Position numbers and translations under genes: made by a program. A stretch of 63,656 bases of DNA, counting the filler, from Choristocarpus tenellus KU-1152 (Eukaryota > Protista > Phaeophyceae): NCBI GenBank assembly GCA_964200185.2. It is 14 parts of 14 records of this genome, joined end to end, with 100 filler letters (N's around TTAATTAATTAA, not from the genome) between each part and the next. Parts side by side here need not be neighbours in the genome. Positions count along the whole stretch, not along the records: positions 35,933 to 46,179 come from CAXNAD020003045.1; positions 46,280 to 51,353 come from CAXNAD020011964.1; positions 51,454 to 56,157 come from CAXNAD020013397.1; 11 more parts are not named here. The stretch is one strand, 5' to 3'. A model generated the notes under the pieces. The model did no database searches, had not been told where the DNA came from, and worked only from the letters and a program-made list of their open reading frames with translations. Shown here piece by piece: positions 38,076-52,003 of the stretch (positions within the stretch are counted from its first letter, which is position 1; the number at the start of each line of letters is the position of its first letter).

Positions 38076-41000
38076 CACAATAGAGTGATAAAGTCTGTTG
38101 TGTAATGCGAGCATTCTATGTTCAAGGTTTTATTTCTCCTGCGGCATGGGATCCTCCTTCAAATATTGTTTGTGGATAAAAGGGGATTGGTGTAGATCGT
38201 TGTAATATCGTTCCTACTTGTTTATAATTACTGATTATATGTTTCAATTGAATAAAAGTTGATACTGACGCCCACGTCTAAAAGGTTCAAATTCAGTCCA
38301 AATGTTATTGTGTATGATTCCATAGTCATTACTATTGATACCTCAGTTAAAAAATCGTAATATGGCTTCGTTATCCGTTTAAGTCGGACTATGACTGGAG
38401 CAATTCAAAGTTGGAAAGTGAAGAGTTGAAAAATTTCGATTGAAACTGCTGGAGGAAACAAACACCTAGCTCGAGAATAATCATACCGTTTAGGAATAGA
38501 GTTTACCTCCTACGGAACACTTCGAGGTAGCTCATTTGTCACCTTGCATCCGAAATAATTTCCTGTCATCTGCGCAAACCATCTTAACTGAGGTATTGGA
38601 GACGCCCAACTGAGCTGTTAATATAAAAGGCAGGGGTGCATCCGTGCAGGTGTTGGTAGGTTGAATTCCAGTACATGGTAATTTAGTGCTATGACAGGGA
38701 GAAAGAGAGAGAGAAATATCCAACTTGGTACAAGTTATTACTATATATATACACTTTTTTCTAGGAAAGAGTGTATGTGCGCATACCTGTTACCCTTGGT
38801 GAAGTCTACTGCTATCAATATTTACAACGGCATGGAATATTTCTTTGGAGTTTGTCTAGAAGCAAGTTGCACAGACTTGCTTATGCCGCCTGTGCATCTA
38901 AGTTTGTCGGATCCAGATTTTTTATAGTAAGGTAAAAGTACCTTATCAGTCACATATTGATGCAGTCCCAGCATTAACAATTAATCGTGTAGCAAACACA
39001 CAAAATACTCCAACAATAGCAGATATCTGGGATTTTTGAAGGAGATGATCCTTTGACTGCAGGGCCGGGAGTGTCTCTGAATCCGCGCGTCCTGCTCAGA
39101 CCACTGCCGAGCCCAGGCATAATTCTTAGGATGAGGCCCACAGGACCATGTCCAGGTCTGGGTCCAGGTCTTACCTCTGTCAAGTTACCAGTTTCACGTT
39201 CATATCTCTTGGGTCGCAGGGTCCAGTTTGAGGTGTATATTATGATGCCACTGTATATTGTGCGTTGATACGTTTGCTATGCGATTTTACTGTAGAGTAG
39301 TCCAATGTCCACCATACGACTTAACCAGTAGTACTACTGTGATGCGGTTTTAATTACGCTGCACTCTTGGGATTCCACATATTACGTCCGTGCACTTATA
39401 AATGCATTACATTAATGTACTACGAAGACTCCAGTGTCTAGTTTGGTACCATTTCATACAGGATTGACCTCTAGTAGTACTTTGTAGGGGACAGGTCTCT
39501 GTAAGGTAGTGTAAATATCATAAGTATGCTAAGAGTAGTGAAAGGAGGAGATTCGCAGCCCTTATCCATTTTTCACGAACTTCTCCAAAATAGAATCAGG
39601 TACAACGACATGCAGGAGTTGATGCTCTCCAAAGGGTATGATACGCAGAATCATGAGCTTTTTTTCATTCACGATTTTGTCCTAGGTTCTCTTGAGGGCC
39701 CATACACCCACCACCAATGTATTTCTTTTCTGTACTCGGTGTAGCAATCTGTGTCTCCACTCTCTCAGATCAGATTACTGCTTGCTGTGTACTTATTCTT
39801 CAACAACAGTACATCGTGGTATGTGGTAGTTAAGGGCCAAGTTATCCTAGAAGGGGCTCCTGTTGTCAATAACGGGTCTCTGTGACTATTTTCTGATTTG
39901 CATTTTTACGTCCCTACACCCTCCAATCCAATCGCAAAATATCCTTGTACAGGATCTTTTGTTCTACATTCCCAGATTCCTCATGGGGGATACCTAAGAC
40001 TGGACCATGAAAATGGGGGTGTCATACATCACATAGATGAACCCCTTTAAAACGAAATACTTTAAATCCACCCCCCTCTAGGCTGCTTTAGCTAGGGAAT
40101 ACCCTCCATCATAATAACAGAAGAAAGAACACTAGCAGGGACATAAACAACCGCTTTCAAGTTTCTTGAAGTCTTCAGCTGCCAGGGAGACATATGACAG
40201 CCTTGTGTTCAAGACATAACTAGGAATTGCACTCTACAGTACCAGTCTGGAACAGGTGCATATTTTGTACTGATTCAAATCAACCTCCATGATGAGAGCT
40301 AGATGGGAATGTAAGAAAAGCAGACAAAGAATAATATGGCTTCAAGAACACTACCAGCACCAATCCGTGCGTTCCCTTCAGTCACACGAAAGTAATGACT
40401 GAATGCGCTGTGTGTGGATTTGTGCTCATGTAACTGTGGGCATTTGATTGGGTGGCAGGGTGGAGTCCACTTGGCAAAACCCGACAACATCTTCGTTTGA
40501 TGAAGCTCAATTTGTTACACTCCATTCAATATTATTGATATCAGATGACTGGTTTAATGCGTCTCGGTGATATATTGTAACCTGGCATGTACGTATGGTG
40601 TTTTCAATTTTTCACAGGTTCCACTAGGTACGGCACAACAGGAACAACGCAGGACAGGTCCAGGTCTGATCATCCTACTTGGACCTGTGCTCTGAGTGTG
40701 TAGCATCAGACGTAATCCTCGATCTGGGAAAGCACACTGGCCCCTCAGACTCGGACCTAGATCCACCCAACCTGTGGAAGGAGTGGAGGCGAGACTTGGA
40801 CGTGGACCGAAACCTGGGTCGTGACTCGAACGGAACCTACATCCGGATCTGCTGGATACCACATCTGGGTGGGCGATCGACTACACCCACGCGGGAACCA
40901 GAGTCGTCCTAGTTTTACCTTTTTCATTGTGATAGTCATCGCGACAAGATGTTGATATGGCGACTCTGAGACAAAGTCAAGTTTGGATTTGAACCAGGAC

Positions 41001-41673
41001 CCAAGATCCGTGCCTCCTATGGTACAAACCATTTTGTGGAGACGCAAGAAAAACGTAACGAGAATCGAACCCAACGCCCACATCACTCTCATTGTCTAGA
41101 TTTGTGAGTCTGAAATCTGAACCTGTAATTCTCTGGTTGCGGGTTAAGGAGAGGACGAGTAGATGTGAAGGAGACGGATGGGTGGGTGTACTGATACCTT
41201 ACATCTTACCGCTTCTACTACCTCGAACACAAATATTCAAACCCATCCAATCCTCCCGACCGTCAACAAAAATGGAACATAACTATTTCTACCTTTATTA
41301 TTCTTTGTTAATTATTATTAATATAGGTGTTTTTGTATTAATTGTACCAAACCCATCCTGCGTTTTCGTCGTTCTATTGTGTTCTGTACAGTGGTCGGTC
41401 GGTCGAAAAAGAGAATGTGTTTTTGTCTTGTTATTTCATCCCTCTCTATTATAGGTTACCTTGCCCTTCTCTTCCCTTCTGATCAGGTTCCCTGCGCTAG
41501 GAGGTTTGTCTGTGACATACTGTGGGACACCCTCCTACCTCAGCACAAACGTGTGACAGAGGTGATTGTGCACAGGGCACCCCCCTCCTCCTTTGCCGTC
41601 ACTGCTGAAGGCGGTTTGGAAGTTATAGGTCGCAAGCACAACATCGGAACCTCAGTCCTCCTCTGTTGCTAAT

Positions 41674-44600
41674 ATGGCTGGCCTTGTGATGGAAGACGGG
41701 GTCGTGGAGTCGGACTACGGATACGTCCTTCGGGTTTCCGGTCCTCGTAAGTGAAAACAGAACGGTCCTTGTTGCTTGAGTTTTCGCATGTTGGGTGAGG
41801 GAAGACCACTTTGTGGGAGTTGTTGGTGTGCCAAGGCAACTCCTGCGTTGTCTTAGGAGTTGATTTGAAACAGTGTAACTGTGATGGGGTTGGTCTTAAA
41901 GAATGTTTCTCCCCATGCATATATCGAAAAGTGGCAAAAGATTGGTGCAATACCGTCTCGAAAGGTGATTGTAAAATGGTAGGAGATGGCTCGATGTAAG
42001 GGCGTGCCAGCCCGTAAGCTGTGCATGCGTTCGACCCAGGACCGGCAGCACCACCTGCAGCCCCCATGCTTTTCCTTTGCTTCACTTCATTGCAACTATA
42101 TTTGTAAAGCTGGAAAACTGACCTCCATTATCGAACATGTTCGCATGGGAACCGAGGTCAGAAGATCAACACAGTTGGAGCAGTGTGTTCCGAAAAAGGT
42201 GCCTGCGTGAGGTTTTTGCGTCCGTCTCAAGGTTGGCGTATAGGTTCATCGGACATGCAGTTGCCTTGTGCGTGAGGGAATTGTCAAACGCTTTCGGGAA
42301 AGTGTACGCTGGTCCCTCTTTTCGACGCGTTGACGATGCTTGAGCGTCAACGCTGAGTCGTTTCCCGTTCTTCTGCCCCGCGCAAATTGCGCCTGTCACC
42401 ACACAGTGTGTCTTGCAGGGAGCTTTACTATGGCTGGAATTGTTTGCCGCAGTTTAAACATTGCTAAAGTTCCATGCTTTCGTTTTGTGGTAGGCCCAGC
42501 CCTGCTTGGCCTCGAACCGGCAGCTTTCTTCCACCTGGAGTTTATGGTTTGCGAGTTTCTTGTTTGTGTTGCTGCAATTTTGCAGCGAAAGAATGCCTTG
42601 AATGGCTCAGGAATTGCAAGCATGTCCCTGTTCTGCAATTGGGTCAATCAACTCCTTTGGCGCTCCTGTTATATACCGTGTAGTTACCCTGGGGTAATTC
42701 GATTTCATGTGTGTTGTTCCATAACTATTTCGTTTATAGAGGGTTATGTGGCAGTGTGTTGCTGACAGTGACCTGATTGATTCATCACGGCCCTCTGAAA
42801 TCCCTTTCCCTCTTCCAGCGTTTTCCCTTTCATTGTGGCATGGTTTGAGGAAAGACGCTTTTGGCCAGGTACAGCAGTGCAGCCTTGCAAAACCATGGAT
42901 GTTTGCTTGTTGGCGTTGTCCAACCCACAGGCACAATGTTGGTAGTTAGAGTGTGTGAGAGTCTCTGGTGCGTCGCATCCCGGCAAGGTCTAGTGCTCAT
43001 CTTCTTCACACTGGTGGTGTTTCTTTTTATATACCTTGGTGCTTTTGAACTACTTTATTCAACTCATGATTTTCTATTTTTTTTATTTTGAACCCCTTTT
43101 AAATGGGAGCAAAATTCGAAAGATACTGGTAGTGTAAATCGTTCTCTCTTCCATTCTCCTTGCCATTGCTGAATGATGACAGAAAAAAGTAGATGAGGGA
43201 TGCGTCAACATTTTTTTTGTGTCAGTTTTATTCCTAATGTCACTGCCATAGCTCTAGTACTATAGCATCAACTCTGTATTCTTTTAAGGCAATCAACTGG
43301 TCTCCCTGCCCCAACCTGCTGCCGTTGATGACTGTATGTATGAATGATCCCAGTCGTTATTGCTGAGAGTATGTCTGGGGCTGCTATGTATGAGCTTGTC
43401 CGTGTGGGTCACCAAAAGCTTGTTGGAGAAATCATCCGATTGGAGGGTGACACTGCCTCAATCCAGGTGAAGATCTGGGGCTCAGTATGGCCATGTAGTG
43501 AGGGAAAAAAATGGAGTTAGGGGAGGGGGGGGGGAAGGGGGTGCATGCTTTATCCAGAGTAAGGATTGGACTCTATGGGCTGTGTTTTGAAGTGGTTTGA
43601 AAAATTGGGGAATTTGGATGGAGAAAGGGGATGATGGTCATGTTGATCATCTTGGAATGGAGGGGGAGTGGCTGGGGTGAAAAATGTGAAAAGTTGCATG
43701 AGGTAATTGTTAAGAATATTGCATTTTGGTTAAGGGTTGATGGTTTGGAAATTGGGATCCTTCCTGGTACTGCTCTTTTATACGAGGACAGCCTCTACTG
43801 CTGTATGTAGACTGGTATGGATAGGAGTGTGTGTATGTGTGTGTATGTGCGTGTGGGTGTGTGTGTGTGCGTGTTTGTGTTTACAATGAAACATTTTGAG
43901 AGGTCTGCAGTTGAAACAGCCTTGTGTCTTTGTAGGAGTGTCTCTCTTTCTGTTCTTCGACGGTGTTGACCTCTTAATAGTGACTATATCCACTTACAGT
44001 GCTACTTTGATTGGGCTGGGTTTGAGGTGATGAGACACAAAGGGTACAAGTGTGAGATGTGATGCTTTCGTTTTGCGAGCAAAAAGCACCTACTGATGCA
44101 TTGCAGCGGAGGAAGCTATCTCTACATGTACATACACATCCTTCACGGGCCCAAACCTACCCCTACAGTAGCCTCTGCCCCTGTTCTTTTCTTTTGATGC
44201 CTCTGAAGGTTTATGAAGACACATCCGGACTGACAGTAGGGGATCCGGTTCTCCGGCGTCGTCAACCACTGTCAGTGGAGCTTGGTCCAGGAATCATGGG
44301 TACTATCTTTGATGGGATCCAGGTGCAAATGACGAGCTCCGCTTGGCACTGGCCCCCAGTGGTCCCTGATTGTCTTAGGTTGTGTTGATGAGAAGAGTTT
44401 GCTCTTTCCCAAGGTTGATTTGTTTCCCCTCCCCATCTCCATGGTAATGCGGTCGTGTCCATGGTTTGTGCTATTTTTAAAATTGAACATCATTGGTGTT
44501 ACTGTGTTTTATACCTCCTACACCCTCTATTTTCCTGTTAAATCTGGGTTGAAACAAAACACTCTGCCTACTGTGGTTTATCTTCTCTTTGGGGCCTTGC

Positions 44601-45645
44601 CTTCCTGGGGGGGGGGAGGGCATCCTGTGCATACCTCACAGACAGGGATTAAAATGTGTTCAAAAATGATCTGGTATATGTGTATATTTGCTCTAGAAAA
44701 ACAAGCGATACAGAAGGGGTGGGAACGCCTTCTGAGAGTGTAGAAATTACTCACAATGTGTCCCGCTCTATGTACCATGTATTGGGCCTTACCCTATGAT
44801 TTGGGGGTAAACAAAGTGTGCTGTTGTGTAGGATGGGGTTTGCGTGCCTCTTGATTTTATCTTATTCATGTCGTTTTAGTGTGTGAGTTCAATCCTTTTT
44901 TTTAATGTTTGTTGTCCAGAAAACCTCGAATGGTATTTTTGTTCTTTTGCTTTGTTTTAGTTTTATAGGGCAGGAGATCAGGTGGTTTGAAAAAAGTAAG
45001 AGTTGTATTGAGACAAGAGTCAATGACATGTGTATTGAGAACAGCAAGAGGCTTGTTAGATGGGATGACGTCAGATAGGTGCAGATGTGTGTGTGTGTTA
45101 ATATTTTGTTCTAGAAATTACACTTGAAAGTATTGATAAAGGAACGAAATCGAGGATAAATCTTTAATTCTTGGGAGTGAGGGTGGATTGTAGTTGCTGC
45201 TGTTTCATACCGTGGTGTTGTTATTGTGTGAATACAGGGTTGACTGTGATCTGCTTGTGTTGTTGTAGATGGGTGCCCAAAAAGGTCTGGTAGAGTGGAC
45301 CCCTTTTTTTGTGGACGCTGATTTGATGCCTATAGTGCGATTCGGGCAGTCTTCTACCCTCAACCTTTTGACCCATATCTTTGTACTCCCTCCTTCAGTC
45401 TGCAAGGGTCCTCTCCTGCATAGTCCTTTCCCTCCTGTCCCCTGCAACACTTACCAAAGCTCTTGTGGGTTGTCACACTGATGTTTCTACCCCCCACAAC
45501 GTCCTTCCCCTTAATCTAAAAGCGTCCATTGGAGGCCATTGCCAACAGGGAAGAGTCGGTGTTTGTGCCTAGGGGAGTGGACATTCCATGCCTGGACCAG
45601 ACCAAGCAGTGGGAGTTTACTCCTTGCAACTTCAGGGTGGACCAG
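41674..45645 (+). CDS. ATP6V1A: V-type proton ATPase catalytic subunit A, exons 1-4 (3' part not on this contig)
   Basis: Exons 41674-41746, 43354-43466, 44209-44322 and 45523-45645 give [134 protein letters not shown], the highly conserved VHA-A/VMA1 N-terminus. Confidence 0.97.
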
Positions 45646-46086
45646 GTAGGCAGTGTGTAATATGCTGAAGGTGTTTCTGGTCTTGAGTTTTGTGCTGAGA
45701 GTGATGGGCTCCAGCAAGCAGGGTGAAGGGTTCGCACATAGTGCTGGACCTGGTAGAGGATTGATGTCCTGGTAGAGGATTGAGCGACCTGGTAGAGGAT
45801 GGCTTACGCATGAAACCGATTTGGTTTGTAATTAACTTGCTCTTGAAAAAAACACTCATCAATACGGTGCTTCTGTATAGCGCTAAAAACTAGTGCCGTG
45901 ATTTAGACCTGGTCTAAAACAATATGGGACAATACTGAGATAGATAGTCTCGTGGAGAATGAAATGATGAAGCTCTTGTTTGGCGCTCCTGTGATCCTTG
46001 TGAACCAAAACGACTCTAGAGTGTAGAGAGCAAGTCTTTCGTGGCATTGAACTGCCTGCCCAAGACATCATGTCAAACGCCTCCTC

Positions 46087-46141
<55 letters not shown>

Positions 46142-46279
46142 GGGGGCCCCCCCCGCCGCGCCTACCCGAACAGAGCTCANNNNNNNNNNNNNNNNNNNNN
46201 NNNNNNNNNNNNNNNNNNNNNNNTTAATTAATTAANNNNNNNNNNNNNNNNNNNNNNNNNNNNNNNNNNNNNNNNNNNN

Positions 46280-46440
46280 GTATGTATATAGTTTTCATTG
46301 GTTTCCCCCTGACACATCTGTAAAATGTCAGAGTGCATAATAATAATATAAAGGTGAAATCCAGTTCAAACCCCTCACTACAAACACAAGTCATACATAA
46401 TATATATTATGCCCTCTGACATTTTGCAGATGTGTCAGTC
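46280..46440. mobile_element. MITE-like element with inverted arms CTGACACATCTG.AAAATGTCAGAG.GCATAATA
   Basis: Inverted arms at about 46310-46345 and 46405-46438; a single matching arm extending to GGGAAACCAATGAAAACTATATAC lies at about 17630-17690. Confidence 0.7.
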
Positions 46441-46619
46441 ATACATATCCATCAGAAAAGCACCAATCATGACCTGTCACACACAGGAAATAGAAGGAAA
46501 GGGAAAACCAGGAATATTGGAAACCCAAAAAGAGAAGTTCAACAATGAGAAAGTACATTATTCATAAGACAGTGGTGGTGATGATCACTTAGGCTGCCAT
46601 ACCTGATGTACATCACCTA

Positions 46620-46960
46620 TTGCAGCTTCCTTGGAATGGTACTTTGCCATAAAGGTTGTTTGCCAGCAGGCACACACTCATACCACCTCTTGTGTTTGTT
46701 GGTTGCGCTTTTGCTCCACCACCCCTCCATAATTCGTTGTGATCCCAATCTTCTCTAGGTCGTCTTATAGGTACGTGCATTCATCAGTTCTTCTCCTGCA
46801 AACACCTTGCCTTCCGTTTCCCACCTACAACCTCCCCAATCATCAAAACCTTGAAAAGTTGCTCATCCCCCATGCATGCAACTAATCCTGAAATTATGGA
46901 TCTGTGTTTTTGCATAAAAGTCGGCTTGATACTCTTTCAAACCCAGTTTCAATGGGAGGT
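46620..46960 (-). mobile_element. RTE-type LINE 3' ORF remnant (decayed)
   Basis: The minus strand reads MQKHRSIISGLVACMGDEQLFKVLMIGEVVGGKRKARCLQEKN*...DDLEKIGI...FMAKYH. This matches the RTE post-RT motif R.RR..(W/F)AG...RM.DERLPK..MFGEL.GG....G.QEK.W...DL...GI. Confidence 0.75.
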
Positions 46961-47944
46961 GTGGCATCTTAGTAGGTCATCACGTGAACAGGATGTTACT
47001 CTTTGTGAAATCTGATGCGACGTAGGCGGAATTGGTAATGGTGGAGCGAAGCTTCAAATGATGGACTTGATGAAGTTCTCATGTCATCCGACCATCGAGA
47101 ACCTCACTTTGTTGAAATCTGGAATTGAATGATTCGTGCTCTTGTACTTTGGCAGGTTGGTTATGGTGAAGGGGTACCATAGTACAATAAAGCACTGGTG
47201 AATTCATGCTGATAAACCTAGTGACATGCTTTGCACAGTCAGAGGTATATCTGGTACAGTGATGTAGGATATTCCTTTGTGCATTCAATAGAAGAGATTC
47301 ATGCTGTGTGTAGAGGCTTGTCTCCATGTGAAGAAGGGTTTTGTGGATGTTTTAACTCCGAATATATTGCATTCAGTTATGTGTCAGGTAGACTTAATGT
47401 TGTAAGGGGAAATCAACCAGAGAAGAAGGAATAATCAACATGCAAGACGGAACTGATGGTTCTGATTTGAAGATCAAAGACAAAGAAACAAACTTGAATC
47501 AATATCTCAAACAACGCCTATGGCACATACTGTGCTTCAGAATCTATGTTTGACAGATGTTGACTGTTCCATACTTCCTATGCACTATGATTTTCTAACA
47601 GTGGTTAATATTGCTATGATGAGATGTCAACGGTGTAAATATGAGTGATGACCAGTGCCAATGTGCGAATCAACCTTCACAATCACCAACATCATCCTGG
47701 TCAAACCTCCTTGGGCCTTAGACACCAGGAGACAGACAATAGTGTTCCACACACACTACCGAAAACGGGAAATAGATATAATAGGACCACATTAGTATCA
47801 AAAGTCAGAATTTTTCTCCACAAGCCAGTGAAATCGCGTCCTCTATCATTTTTTTGTGAAATATGTATGTATGGAGTAGTGGGTAAGGTTGGTGATGTAG
47901 ATAAATAGTTGGTACGACAGAAGCAAGAACCTACACTATTTTTT

Positions 47945-48214
47945 GACCTATAGTATCTTAGAGGGGGGTTCAGTCGTCCATCATGGCCTGTTGAACTTGT
48001 CGTGATTTTCCACGTCATCTGAGAGGACGTGGGAAATGTAAGGGCAGTTTCCTCCATCTCAACACACCTTCTTTTCTTACCCCCCTGCCTGAACCAAATC
48101 CGGAGGAAAATCGCCCGCAAAACAGGCATCAAGGTGGGGTATCTTACAACACTCCATCAAGCCCCAAATGGACAACATGAACTAAACACTTCCCCATCTA
48201 AGATACTATGGGTT
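47945..48214. mobile_element. MITE family C (TIR GACCTATAGTATCTTAGA)
   Basis: Inverted ends GACCTATAGTATCTTAGAGGGGG / CCCCATCTAAGATACTATGGGTT; a related body lies at about 60455-60751. Confidence 0.72.
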
Positions 48215-48224
48215 TTAGATGACA

Positions 48225-48344
48225 GACCCAAAGTATCTGGGAGGGGGGGGGGGTCTACACCAGGGTGTCCATTTTGACCAAAATCTGGATGAAAGAATTG
48301 ACCCCAAATGGACAGCCGCCACCCCCTCCCAGATACTTTGAGCC
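48225..48344. mobile_element. MITE family B, internally deleted copy with both ends
   Basis: GACCCAAAGTATCTGGG...CCCAGATACTTTGAGCC; central part missing relative to 63437-63605. Confidence 0.85.
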
Positions 48345-50984
48345 ACACATTCCGACTGCTGCTGACGAATCTTTATGATACTGATTGGTACAGGCATTTC
48401 AACAAAACGAATCTGCGACTCCAGTCACAACAAAAACATGGAAGATCTCCATCCTATGAAGGACTCTCCCCTCCATCCAAATTCGTAGTCCCCAACCTAC
48501 AGGGAACTTAGTACTCTCGATTGCATTTATGTCACCAAAACACTACCATAATAGATACGTTGACATGTATTAGACAGGATTTGTGGGTCGGTCCAACATT
48601 TTTTTACCATGCCGGCCTGATCCGACTACATCCGACCAGGTCCAGGGCAGTTAGATATTTGAATGGGAGCAGGCCACGGGTTGGCAGGTGGCCGTGGTTC
48701 GTGCAGCTGGTCCGATGAAAAGCCTGGGTCATTTGTTGTATTTCTATGTCTTCCCTGCTACTTCCATTCAGCATGTTGCACAGCCTAGCTTGAATAAGAA
48801 ATAGCAGTAGTCATGCAGAACCTTATCGATAAGTTGCTGGAATTGTCCTTTAACATGAAGAATGGAATTCCACCCTCCTGTATATAATCCTACCAAACCC
48901 AACCTATTATATTCTTCTATAAAAAAAGCTGATTTCATGTATGCACCCAGATTGTTTGCCCGCACACTCACTTCCTTCATGATAGTGATCCTCGATCCCT
49001 TTGCATCTCTTCGTGGTAAACCTCTCACACACATACTGGTGTTGTCCCAACCATAACCTACACTGTGAAAACAAGGAACACAGGAACTCCTGGAGGCACG
49101 TAATTCATGTAGTGGGTGCTAAGCAGTGAGTTAGCCAAAGTTGGACATGAGCTATATGCACAACTGCGAATTCATCCATTTATAGACCGTGCATATATTA
49201 CGCAACACCATGTAACTAATCAACTCGAATTCATCCACTTAAACAACGTACATTTTAATGCAGAACACTCACAGAACGAGGGGTTCGCATGTCGGCTTGT
49301 GTATAGGGGACACAGTAAGACCATAATATGACAAATATGTGAAACAGATGGAAACAGGCAGACATGTTCTTCAAAGACCCACAGAAGGAAGGGAATGGAG
49401 AAAGACAAGGCAGGAGAGTGAGCAATTCCTCAGAAAGGTCCTTCAAGGAAGGGTGAACAGGCAAAAAGTGAATGAGGGGTGTTTGTAAGGTCCACTCAAA
49501 CCACTCGATATTTACTTCTAGAAGCAAATTTTAACTTCAATATGCAAATGGAGATTTCATATTTGATGCTATGTCGACCAGATTGAAATTTTTTCTTTCG
49601 GTTGCTGAAAGATTAGCATATTTGGTTGAATATAACGCTGATGGGGCATCGTAGAACCTTTCAAGAGATCGTCTATTTTTCGAAACTTAAAGAAGTCAAA
49701 CTCCAACAACATAACCTTTACATGAGCCATACCATCGTCGCACATCGTCAAAAACAATAAAATTAAACCGCCTCAAACATTTATCACCACACCTACCTAA
49801 CATTGTCTTTCATAGGAATAAATTGGTATGAAATCAAAGCGCCATACATCCAAATCCATGTTCAGATCTTTGTGACATAGTTTTTTCCTTAGAAATGTTC
49901 TGTGTGTGACGTATAGGTCCCTTTCGGACCTCACCTTAGTTCAGATACACATTCGCGCGCGCACACAAATGCATTGCGCGCACATTTGTTAGTTATTGGT
50001 GACTTTCCTACCAACATCAAACACAGAAAAGTTTGAGGACCCTCAAACCACTTACGGTTGAATATCAACAAAGATGGGATATCAACCGTCGGATCTGAGA
50101 CCCCATCAAAACCTTCGTAAGATTCGATGATCGAGAGAGCTTTGGGTTCCCTGGAAACACTCCATCGTGACACAAGTGGTGATTTTGAACACCCCCCACG
50201 ACTGATTGAACCCTGCCCCACGACATGTAATAATTTCACAACTCAAGTTCGATTTTGTTACCAGTATAGGATCGTGAGGTTTGTCTAAGACACACAACCT
50301 CAAGAGACACCCAAGAGGTCCTTGGGGATGGGACTCTATGACCAATTCTATAGGTCTTTCTTGAGGTCTTGTTTAGCTTAAACTTTGGTGCATTTCATGT
50401 TTTACTCCACGACAAAATATCGAAAATGGCGGTATCAGATATCGATAACGAATCCTAGGGTCCCTTGAGAGTTGTGTTTCAAGTGACTGACTGGGCTCAT
50501 TGGTTTTTGGGGGTTGTGATTCTTTGCATATCGAAAGGTTTGGTGTGGATAAATTAGATGGAGTCGAAATCTTTCAATGAACTTGGTTAGAATCGAAACG
50601 TACAAGAAGCAAGAGGCGCAAAACGCCAAGGACTGGGAGAAGAGTGTGTACTTAAAAACTGAGAACCTAACCTCTAAAATCTCTGTCCTGAATATTAGAA
50701 GGTTCCCCGGTGGATATGTGCTGTCTCCAATCCATTGAAAAAGTATATGAACAATGCTACACAATGAACCTGCTGCGTATGGCAGTGCCTAAAGTTCAAC
50801 GAAATAGCACACTCGTAACCTCTCTCCTTACCACAAACCCATCGAACCCTCCCCACCACCACCCATGGGACCTGGGATCAGCAATTGACCAATAATAGGT
50901 ACATGAAGAGCAATTGCAAACAGGGTACTCATGTAGTACCAAGTACTCCGGAATATTCATTAATTTTCCATCAGCATCTGCCAT

Positions 50985-51303
50985 GCTATTAAGTATCTGG
51001 AAAGAGAGAATCTACACCAGGGTGTCCATTCTGGCCCTGACTAGAAAAAGTACACTTACATCAACATCTGACGCATACAACCAAATCACTCGAAAATCGC
51101 AGCATGGAAAATGGGCCTCGAATGGACAGTCACCATCTGAGGAGACAGAGTCTACACCAGGGTGTCCATTCAGGACCTGACTTGAAAAGTACACTTACAT
51201 TATCCATCCGACGCATACAACCAAATTACTCAAAAATCGCGACATGGAAATATGGGCCCCGAATGGACAGCCACCATCCCCCCCCCCCCAGATACATTGT
51301 CCC
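50985..51303. mobile_element. MITE family B variant with a tandemly duplicated ~140-bp body
   Basis: TCTACACCAGGGTGTCCATTC...GAATGGACAG.CACCATC occurs twice between AAGTATCTGG and CCAGATACATT. Confidence 0.8.
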
Positions 51304-52003
51304 AGACACAAATTCCCCCGACTGTCAAACCTCTTTGTTTTGAGTAAAACCCCNNNNNNNNNNNNNNNNNNNNNNNNNNNNNNNNNNNNNNNNNNNNTTA
51401 ATTAATTAANNNNNNNNNNNNNNNNNNNNNNNNNNNNNNNNNNNNNNNNNNNNATGTGTGTGCAAGTAGTGTAGATAGGGGAGGTTGCCGGCAAGTCAGA
51501 GAATCTGATTGGCTGAATGTGACACGTAGGGAATTCTAATGATCTAATAATAGTATTCCATTAAAAAAAAAAACACACAAATCCCATTCGCATCAAATTT
51601 GATACCCCTTGATCTATAGTATTTTTGACATGGCCTTCAACAACAGAAAACTGTTGAAAATCATCATCACACTTCAAAACACAAAAGAAAAAATCTCTAC
51701 ATTTAGTCTCACTGTTTCAAAGGCAACAAAAGGAAAAACTAAAACAAAAACTAACACAATAATAAAAATAAAAAAAAAAAGTCAAATACATAATAAAAAA
51801 ATTGATGTCCATCTTACGCACAGACAGAACTTAAAAAAAAAAAAAAAAAACTACTACAGGGGTCAAGCCCAGAGCAGAAAAAGTGTTATAGGGCCAAGCT
51901 AAAGAGGGACTGAGGTTAGGACCAGAGTGTTAATAATAAAATGAAACTGTTATAGCAGGCTTTCGATGCAGCATACTCATGAGTAGGGTACACTACACTT
52001 TAC

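Noticed and set aside
41978-42054. tRNA-like segment (TGGCTCGATG ... GTTCGACC ... CACCA) in VHA-A intron 1
   Set aside because: Acceptor and T stems do not pair. At most a decayed tRNA-derived SINE head.
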